Below, piece by piece: positions 6,610 to 13,676 of a DNA stretch of 29,561 nt. The DNA lies in NCBI GenBank assembly GCA_947628265.1, contig CANQZF010000001.1, positions 1 through 29,561 of the forward strand, in the 5' to 3' direction. The notes under the pieces were generated by a model. That model ran no database searches. It was given only the letters and a program-made list of their open reading frames with translations, and was not told the origin of the DNA. A program made the translations under genes and the position numbers. Every line of letters begins with the position of its first letter. The stretch's first letter is position 1. The stretch is from an uncultured Oscillospiraceae bacterium. GTDB taxonomy: Bacteria; Bacillota; Clostridia; Oscillospirales; Oscillospiraceae.

Positions 6610-9564
6610 TTATTTCTCCTCCTGATTTGTAAGAGCGATGAGCTCCTTTAATGTATAAACGCGGCTTTGCCGCAGGGTACCCAGCATATCGTCGAATAGG
6701 AGCGTCCCGTCGGGGAGGGCGTCGCAAAGACCGGGCAGCTCCGCCAGCGGCTCCAGCGCGTCCGTGAGCAGCAGCCCGTAGCGCGCGCCCTCGCCGGTCA
6801 TAAACTCCGCCACGGTGAGGCCGGCGCAATCGTATATGTAAGTGAGGTAGTCCTCAGATGGCAGCTGTCCCACGAGCTCCCCTGTGGCTCTGTCGTACAC
6901 GGTGGGTGCGCCGTTCATGGGCGCCTCCACGCGGAATTTGTCCGTGGTGTATGTGACGTTCAGGGAGGGATCGGGGGGATCTGCGCGGGTTTCCTCCATA
7001 AGCGAGCCGCCTCCGGCTGAATAATTGCGGACAGTCCCGTCGTACCATGTGACCTCAAGCCGGCTCTCCCCGCCCTCGCGCCGGAACTGCTGGTCATAGA
7101 TTTTGTCCGCGTCCGGGAGCTCCACGTCCGCCAGCACCGTCCCGTCCACGGCGCAGACCCTGAGACGGTCGTAGCGGAACATGGTCACGGTCCTCCCGTC
7201 CGCGCTGAGCCGCGCCTCGCTGTGGGGATATTCCGGGTCATAGTGGAAAAGATCGAGCTCGCCGTTCGTTTCCAATCCGAGCACACGGACCCTCGTTGTG
7301 TCAATGGCTGTGACGACCGCGACCCCGTTGGCAAGAGCGACAATGGAAATATCATCCGTCCATGTGCCCATGGACCTGGCGCCGGGGCCGAAAATGGAGA
7401 ACTTCCCGTTTTCCGTTGCCACGACAGCGTAGCTGCCGGATCTCATGAATGAGGTGATGTCACTGTCGGTATAGGCGACCTCGGTTTGCGCGCCGCTCTC
7501 CGGGTCGAGGCCGACGAGCACGTCCTCAAGACTTAACCATATCCCGCTGGCGTCGGCCTGTACGTGGAAGGGACTGGTGGAGGAAAAGCCGCCGGTCTGC
7601 TTGGCGCTGTCCGCATCTATGACCGCGAACACGCTCTGCCCGCCGCCGGAGGCGGAGAAGGCCAGGTATTTTCCGTAAAAGCCCCCCTCAAAATGGGTGT
7701 AGTCGGAGCTTTCAAAAATGACGATGTCGTTATTTCGGTCATCCGTGTCCAATATCCGAAGTCCGCCGCCGGCGACGCTGACCGCCAGACGCTTGGCGTT
7801 GTCGCTCAACACGAAAAGGTCGTTTTCGTTATCCAGGAGGATGTCGTTTTCCGGGACCTTCTGCAAGGGGCCTGGAAGCTCCAGCGTTTTAAGAACCGCT
7901 CCTGTGCGCAGATTGTAAAGATATGCCGTCGCATCATCACGATATACAGCGGCGACAGTGCCGCCGTTAACGGAAATATTTGTGGCGGGCGCCGCCGTCC
8001 ACAAAACTGCGTCCTTTTCAATATCATAAGCCGTCAAAGCGCCCTCTCCAGCATAGGCGAGCAGCTCTTCCCCGGCGAACACGGCGTCGGAAAGGGCCGA
8101 TTTGTCCACGGGAAGCGTCTTGATAAGGGTGCCGCCAGCTGTCTCATATAGCAGGAGCGTTCCACCGGATATAACGGCGAAATGGCCTCCGTCAGGGGAG
8201 ACGGCAAGCTTTTTCGGCTCGGCGGGGAACTCTACGCACAGGCGCGGCTTGAAGCCGTCACTGAGATCGTAGATCCCAAGAGCGTCTGTCAGGGCCTTCT
8301 GCGCCCGTGCTGTGTATGGGGAGTCGTATTTCAAAGCGTCAAGAGCCAGCGCCGTGGCGTTGGGGATATCGCCGCTTCTATAGGCGTCCTCTGAACCCGT
8401 AACAGCCGCCAGGGCCGCCCGCGCGGCCTCCTCACGCTCACGCTTTAAACGCTCCTCCTCTTCGGCGCGCTGGGCCTCCAGTCTTGCCGCCTCCTCGGCC
8501 CTTCGCGCCTCCTCCTCGGCCTGACGCGCCGCCTCCGCAGCGCTTTGCATCTGGCGAAGGCCCACGAAGGTCATGGCCCCGCCCAGGATAAAGGCGCCTA
8601 TAAGGCAGGCCGCTGCAATCCGGCATCTCCGCTTGTGACGGAGGACCCGGGGATCTCTGTCGTGGAGTGAATGGAGGTCGTCCAGCATCTCCTGGGCGGT
8701 CTGGTACCGGTCATCGGGGTTGGGCGCCATGGCGCGTCTTACGATGGCCGCCACCGCCGGGGAGACGCCGCCCCCCTCGATGGGCCGCACTTTTTGAGCG
8801 TCGGGATCGGGACGTATCCCTGTCAGCAGGTGATAGAGCGTAGCGCCCAGACTGTAGATGTCCGAGCGGACATCCAGAAGCACCGTCTTTTTTGAGGAGC
8901 TGTAGGACCCTCCGTGCCGGGACGGATCCTCCGCCGGGGGCCCGGGGACTACCGTCCCCGTCTGGGAATCAGGCAACCGCGTGGAAATATCTGTACCCAG
9001 ATTTGTGGCGCTGATGCCGGAATAATCGACCCCGTAATGCTCCGGGGAGGCATAACCGCGACTGAGACCGACCCGGACCGCACCCTCCTCCCCGAGGGCC
9101 AGGGCGATGTTGAAGTCAATAAGGCATATGTCCCTTTGCGGCGTCAGCATCACGTTGGCGGGCTTGATGTCGCTGTGCAGAATCCCGTGAGGCGGGCGGC
9201 TGTGGAGGTAGACCACGGCCTGAAGCATCTGATCGGCCCATTTGAGCACCTCCGTCTGCTGGAAACGCTCTCCGCGCTTTAAGGGCTTATCCAAGCTCTC
9301 GCCCTCGATGTAATCCATCACCGTATAGACGATTCCGTCCTCGGTGAAGAAGTCGTACACCTGCGGGATATACGTGTGATTGAGGTTTTTCAGGGAGTCC
9401 ACCTCGCGGCGGAGAGATTCCGGCTTTGCCTTTAACGATCTCTTGTCCGCCTTGAGGACCACCAGCTTATTGAGGCGAAGATGGCGCGCCAGATAGACGT
9501 TGCCGCCCCCGCCGAAGCCGATCTGCTCTATGATCTCATAGGTGTTGAATACGATCTGGTTCAT
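6610..9564 (-). CDS. Transmembrane Hanks-type Ser/Thr kinase with C-terminal beta-propeller-like ectodomain (984 aa)
   Basis: IGFGGGGNVY Gly loop, VVLK lysine, HSDIKPAN catalytic loop, LIDFN, YASPE, SDIYSLG; TM segment IAAACLIGAFILGGAMTFVGL; E/R/A-rich helix; repeated blade-like segments such as LAVSPDGGHFAV and ARLSADGRTV. Confidence 0.93.
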   Translation of the reverse strand: MNQIVFNTYEIIEQIGFGGGGNVYLARHLRLNKLVVLKADKRSLKAKPESLRREVDSLKNLNHTYIPQVYDFFTEDGIVYTVMDYIEGESLDKPLKRGERFQQTEVLKWADQMLQAVVYLHSRPPHGILHSDIKPANVMLTPQRDICLIDFNIALALGEEGAVRVGLSRGYASPEHYGVDYSGISATNLGTDISTRLPDSQTGTVVPGPPAEDPSRHGGSYSSSKKTVLLDVRSDIYSLGATLYHLLTGIRPDPDAQKVRPIEGGGVSPAVAAIVRRAMAPNPDDRYQTAQEMLDDLHSLHDRDPRVLRHKRRCRIAAACLIGAFILGGAMTFVGLRQMQSAAEAARQAEEEARRAEEAARLEAQRAEEEERLKREREEAARAALAAVTGSEDAYRSGDIPNATALALDALKYDSPYTARAQKALTDALGIYDLSDGFKPRLCVEFPAEPKKLAVSPDGGHFAVISGGTLLLYETAGGTLIKTLPVDKSALSDAVFAGEELLAYAGEGALTAYDIEKDAVLWTAAPATNISVNGGTVAAVYRDDATAYLYNLRTGAVLKTLELPGPLQKVPENDILLDNENDLFVLSDNAKRLAVSVAGGGLRILDTDDRNNDIVIFESSDYTHFEGGFYGKYLAFSASGGGQSVFAVIDADSAKQTGGFSSTSPFHVQADASGIWLSLEDVLVGLDPESGAQTEVAYTDSDITSFMRSGSYAVVATENGKFSIFGPGARSMGTWTDDISIVALANGVAVVTAIDTTRVRVLGLETNGELDLFHYDPEYPHSEARLSADGRTVTMFRYDRLRVCAVDGTVLADVELPDADKIYDQQFRREGGESRLEVTWYDGTVRNYSAGGGSLMEETRADPPDPSLNVTYTTDKFRVEAPMNGAPTVYDRATGELVGQLPSEDYLTYIYDCAGLTVAEFMTGEGARYGLLLTDALEPLAELPGLCDALPDGTLLFDDMLGTLRQSRVYTLKELIALTNQEEK

Positions 9565-9580
9565 GGGTCCTCACTCCGGG

Positions 9581-9724
9581 TCAATGGTGTTTTTCACCGA
9601 ATTCGCTGACGAGTCTGCGCTTGAGCCTTCGCCCGCTTACGCAAAAGGCAATGGCTACGGCGATGCCGCCCAGCACGCACACGCCCATGAGGACCGACCC
9701 CGCGATCACCAGTATCTCGCCCAC
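9581..9724 (-). CDS. Small single-pass membrane protein (47 aa, absent from the ORF track)
   Basis: Manual translation: MGEILVIAGSVLMGVCVLGGIAVAIAFCVSGRRLKRRLVSEFGEKHH*. GTG start behind GGAGGAG at the FHA gene end; it fills the gap between the FHA and kinase genes. Confidence 0.8.
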   Translation of the reverse strand: MGEILVIAGSVLMGVCVLGGIAVAIAFCVSGRRLKRRLVSEFGEKHH

Positions 9725-9726
9725 GG

Positions 9727-11025
9727 TCACTCCTCCCAAATGTAGTCGGCGCCGCCTGTCCCGAAGGAGACCCGGCAGCCGCTTGTCAGCTTGAAGGGGA
9801 TGTTCGGCGTGAGCCGCGCTCCCTCCACATACGTCCCGGCCTTGGAATTCAGGTCCACGATGGTATATTCCCCGTTCTGGCCCCGCTCGATGGCGGCGTG
9901 CCGGCGGCTCACCGCCACGGTCCTTTTATCAAACTCAAAGCTGTTCTGCTTGACGCCCAGCTCCGCGTCAAAGCGCCCGATGGTAAATACCCCCTTGGGT
10001 CCGATATTCACCTCGATGATCCGCGGAAGCGAGGAGTTGCCCACAAGACGGAGCCCTGTCGCGTAGACCTCCGTCTCGCCACCCTCAGTCTCCGGGGCGG
10101 CGACCGGCCCGGAATGGGCGGGAGGGGAGACAGGGGAATACAGGGGCTTTTCCCGCTGAGGTTGCGGATCGGACTTTTCGGCCGCCCCGCCTATGACCTC
10201 CCCACCATGATTGCCGTCTTTCTTCCTTTTGAAGATCGACTCCTTGGGGGCGCTTTCGGTCTTCTCCTTTTGGGCTTTCGGGTGCTTTGGGGCTTTTTGG
10301 CCCTTCTTGGCCTTCGCGGCCCAACTGCCGTCCAGGTTGATCTGTATATCTCTATCGCCCGGGGCGGGTCTCTCAAGGGGCCTCTCCTGCTTTGGCTCGG
10401 TTTTTTGCGCGGGAGGTTCAAACCTTGGCGCCTCCTGCCGAACAGGGGGAGGCGGAGAGGGAACGGGGCGCTTTTCCTCCTCCGGGGCGGCGGAGCCCTC
10501 CCGGAGCATCTCCAAGAGCCTCGCCGGACGGAAGCCCTGCATGATCTCCCGCAGGACCTTATTTTCCGTATTGAGATCGTCCACCGGGTTGCGCTCCGCT
10601 ATCTCGTGGGCCATATTTGAAAGCGCGTTTGCCCCCATAACGTCCCTGCGCGAGGGGACATATAAATAGCTTATCGTTCCCTCGTCGCGCCCGACAAAAA
10701 TGCATTCCACATCCAGCACGAACGAGGATTGCTTCAAAAACCAATCCTCGCAGTCCAAAATTGGCCGAAGAAGGCCGTTCCAGAGCTTGGAATATTCCGC
10801 CGTGGACCTGCGGCCAAAACGGTAGAGAAGCTTGGAGCGGTCACCCAGCTGATAGACGCACTCAATCTCGCCGTCGATGCTCCTGTGCCGGAAGGGCACG
10901 ATGAAGGGCGGGCAATCCGCCTCGATGGTATAGAGCGCCTTTTTGTCCAGGTCCTCCTCCGGGAAGCGTATGACAAGGCAGGCCCCGGCGGAAAGATCGT
11001 TTCGGCTTTGTATCTCATAAATCAT
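9727..11025 (-). CDS. DUF6382-like N-terminal domain, Pro/Lys-rich linker and C-terminal FHA domain (432 aa)
   Basis: FHA motifs FTIGR, VSRRHA, IVDLNSKAGTYV at the C-terminus. The N-terminal about 165 aa resemble DUF6382 as recalled from Clostridial Tad loci (HMM confirmation needed). Confidence 0.85.
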   Translation of the reverse strand: MIYEIQSRNDLSAGACLVIRFPEEDLDKKALYTIEADCPPFIVPFRHRSIDGEIECVYQLGDRSKLLYRFGRRSTAEYSKLWNGLLRPILDCEDWFLKQSSFVLDVECIFVGRDEGTISYLYVPSRRDVMGANALSNMAHEIAERNPVDDLNTENKVLREIMQGFRPARLLEMLREGSAAPEEEKRPVPSPPPPVRQEAPRFEPPAQKTEPKQERPLERPAPGDRDIQINLDGSWAAKAKKGQKAPKHPKAQKEKTESAPKESIFKRKKDGNHGGEVIGGAAEKSDPQPQREKPLYSPVSPPAHSGPVAAPETEGGETEVYATGLRLVGNSSLPRIIEVNIGPKGVFTIGRFDAELGVKQNSFEFDKRTVAVSRRHAAIERGQNGEYTIVDLNSKAGTYVEGARLTPNIPFKLTSGCRVSFGTGGADYIWEE

Positions 11026-11030
11026 ATGAC

Positions 11031-12338
11031 TTACTCCTCCTCGTACTCAAGAAGTGTGATGAACTGCCAGCCGGCATCGGTTTTTACGGCTGCGCTGCCG
11101 TTTGAAAAGCTCCGTGCCTCAAGGAATACGGGCTCGATGACCACTTTGCCCCGCAGGCTCACGTATCCCCAAAGACCGTCCCTTTTGACGGCCGCCAGGT
11201 GCTGCCCGAAGGAGAGGGCATCCTCGAATTGATAATCGATCATGACCTCGCCGTTCGTATCGATAAAGCCCCATTTTCCGTCTTTCTTTACAGCCGCCCA
11301 GCCGTCGGCAAAGGGCCGGGCATCCTCATAGGGGCCGCCGGTTTGAGCGCCTCCCGACAGGAGTACGACAGTTCCGTCGTCCTGCCGGAAAAACACCGAG
11401 TTTTGGCAAAAGCACCGGCCAAGCTCGTCCATGACCACTCCGCTCCAGCCGGGCTCCACAAGCCAGCTGACGCCATCTGTGGCGATGAGGCCCCACTTGC
11501 TCCCTGACTTGGCGGCTGCGTAGCCGTTGGAGAACATGCCCAGCTCCTCAAAGCGGTGATCGGACACGCCGAACGCGCAGTTGGCCAGTACCACGGCTCC
11601 GTCCATGTAGAGCCCGAACCGGTCTTGCGCGGCGTTGGTAAAGCCGCCGGCCTCCCGGCGCAGCAGGGCGATCCGCTCGTTCCCGGAGTTCACGGCAGAG
11701 ATCGTGTCTCCCTTTTTCACGATGAAGCGGTCACCGCTCCAGGTGCTGACGCTGTCGTATTCGCAGGGGAGAATGAGCGTGCCGGTGGAGGTGGCGGCGC
11801 CCCAAAGACCGCCGCGCATTACCTGAATGGCCCCGGCGTAGACAGCCGTCACATCCTCGTAGACGTTCCCCACCGTGAGGTAGTCGTACCGTGTGTCCTC
11901 ATACCGCTCGTCCAGCTCCGCGCTGCCGGTGGCGCTGTAGCCGTCCCGGAGCACCCGCAGGGCCTCGGCGTACTCGTCTTGGGCAAAATAGAAGTCCGCC
12001 GCTTCCTGAAAGATTTCAGGGCCCGCCGTGTCCTCAGACATCTGCTTTATAAGCAGAGCCTCGTACTTATCCTCGTAGTCGTATTTGGAAAGGTCCTGCT
12101 TGTAGATCCCCTTCAGCCGCTCCTGGGCGTAGGAGGTGTATTCGCCGTTATAGCCCGCAGCCTCCTCGAGAAGTGGGACAGAGTAGACGTAGATATCATC
12201 GGCGAGATACCTCTCGGCCTCGTTTATAAGCTCGATCTGTTTCTCTGTATCGGTTTTTCCCGACAGGGCGACGACCCAAGAGATACCCAGGAACACCACG
12301 CACACGATAATAAGGAGAATTCGGTTCCCTTTTTTCAT
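11031..12338 (-). CDS. Membrane-anchored WG-repeat (KWG-type) protein with TPR-like helical region (435 aa)
   Basis: N-terminal TM ILLIIVCVVFLGISWVVAL; repeats FSNGYAAAKSGSKWGLI, FADGWAAVKKDGKWGFIDTNGEVMI, FGQHLAAVKRDGLWGYV. Start set at ATG 12338 (GGGGG RBS). Confidence 0.9.
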   Translation of the reverse strand: MKKGNRILLIIVCVVFLGISWVVALSGKTDTEKQIELINEAERYLADDIYVYSVPLLEEAAGYNGEYTSYAQERLKGIYKQDLSKYDYEDKYEALLIKQMSEDTAGPEIFQEAADFYFAQDEYAEALRVLRDGYSATGSAELDERYEDTRYDYLTVGNVYEDVTAVYAGAIQVMRGGLWGAATSTGTLILPCEYDSVSTWSGDRFIVKKGDTISAVNSGNERIALLRREAGGFTNAAQDRFGLYMDGAVVLANCAFGVSDHRFEELGMFSNGYAAAKSGSKWGLIATDGVSWLVEPGWSGVVMDELGRCFCQNSVFFRQDDGTVVLLSGGAQTGGPYEDARPFADGWAAVKKDGKWGFIDTNGEVMIDYQFEDALSFGQHLAAVKRDGLWGYVSLRGKVVIEPVFLEARSFSNGSAAVKTDAGWQFITLLEYEEE

Positions 12339-12352
12339 TTTTGACTTACCCC

Positions 12353-12904
12353 CTATTGAAAAAAGACCGTCAGGAGCATTCCCGCAAATAGGAACGGCAC
12401 GAGCGCAAAAGAATCCTTGCGCCCCATTTTCCGGCATAAAATCAAGACCCCCGCTGTCAGCGCCGCCAGCACCGAGCCGTACAGCATGGTCGGCATCACG
12501 CCGTTAAACCCCAGATACAGCCCTGAGACCGCCATCAGCTTCACATCGCCTCCGCCCAGGCCCCCACGGGAGATGAGGTAGACCAGCAGGAATACCACCC
12601 CACTGACGGCAAAGCCCACAAGGCCGCTGATGAGAAGGAGCAACCCCTCCTGGGTCCTCACAAAGAGCTGCGGGACCATAACGCACAGCCACAAAAGGAG
12701 CATGACGCCCACAAGCGAATTGGGGACCCGCTTTTCCCGGATATCCGTGACAGACGCTAAGTAGACGAAGACGAGAAGGACCGCGCGCAAAAGGAGGACC
12801 GTCGCGTCTGTTTCCCCGTGCTTGACGATCCAAAAAACCGCGAGGATGACCGGGAGCCCCGCGTAGGGCAGGAGCTTTTTCAGATTTTTCTTCTTATCCG
12901 CCAT
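12353..12904 (-). CDS. Prepilin peptidase, A24 family (TadV/CpaA-like)
   Basis: Hydrophobic 183-aa protein with aspartate motifs TDIREKRVPN and GGGDVKL; no methyltransferase/Zn domain. Confidence 0.92.
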   Translation of the reverse strand: MADKKKNLKKLLPYAGLPVILAVFWIVKHGETDATVLLLRAVLLVFVYLASVTDIREKRVPNSLVGVMLLLWLCVMVPQLFVRTQEGLLLLISGLVGFAVSGVVFLLVYLISRGGLGGGDVKLMAVSGLYLGFNGVMPTMLYGSVLAALTAGVLILCRKMGRKDSFALVPFLFAGMLLTVFFQ

Positions 12905-13676
12905 AGCCCTCGCCTTCCCCCTGGAGCCACGCCAGGGTCTCGGCCTGCTGGGTGACCACCAGATCCGGGAAGGGCAGGGGCAGCGCTCCGAAGGTATAAT
13001 CGATCTTATATTCTACGATGATCCGGACGCTCTTTTCCGAGGTGAGAAAATGGCTGTCGTGGTTTCCGCGGCTTGCCCAGTCAAGATAGACGGTGGGCGT
13101 AAAGTCGAGGCCCTCTACGCTCTCAATGACTCCGTACGTCCGCAGATACTCGTCTCCGTCCAGGGTCCCGTTGGAGAGATACCGGTCCATCAGCACCTGG
13201 AGGAGCTGCTCAAAGCCGTGGCTGGCAATCTGTTCGAGGGTGAGGGACAGGAAATTTTGAAAGGTCTCCTTCGGGTCTGTCTTCAGGAGCTTCTTACCCT
13301 CGTCGTAGAGCCCCTTTCCCGATTGGCCGATCTTCTTCCCGGACTCGTAAACACCCTCAAAATCCTTGGCTTTCATGAGAGTGTCCAATTCCTTTATAAG
13401 AACGCCTACGTTCTCTTTAACGGAGTCGATCTCCTTCTGGGCCTTCCCTGCGTTCTCTTCTATGCCCATGAGCGGGTCGGCAAAGCCGATCTTGTCCAGG
13501 GCGTAGCAGTACATGGAGACTGTTTCAGCCGTCTGCGTCAGCGCGTAGTGCATCCGGGCCTGGACCGTCACGATATTGATGAGCGAGAGGATCGACACCA
13601 TCAGAAAGACAAGGAGCGTGAAGCTCAGTACAGTCTCCACCACGATATACCCATTCTCATCCCTTTTCACGGTCAA
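12894..13676 (-). CDS. TadE-family pseudopilin (260 aa; start may be GTG at 13670)
   Basis: Class III signal ENG|YIVVE followed by a hydrophobic helix and ARMHYALTQTAE; overlaps both neighbours. Confidence 0.85.
   Translation of the reverse strand: MTVKRDENGYIVVETVLSFTLLVFLMVSILSLINIVTVQARMHYALTQTAETVSMYCYALDKIGFADPLMGIEENAGKAQKEIDSVKENVGVLIKELDTLMKAKDFEGVYESGKKIGQSGKGLYDEGKKLLKTDPKETFQNFLSLTLEQIASHGFEQLLQVLMDRYLSNGTLDGDEYLRTYGVIESVEGLDFTPTVYLDWASRGNHDSHFLTSEKSVRIIVEYKIDYTFGALPLPFPDLVVTQQAETLAWLQGEGEGYGG

Noticed and set aside
8400-8550. GCCTCCTC-rich quasi-repeats; possible tandem array or CRISPR
   Set aside because: Explained by the Glu/Ala/Arg-rich helix coding sequence; no constant repeat-spacer structure was seen anywhere in the window.
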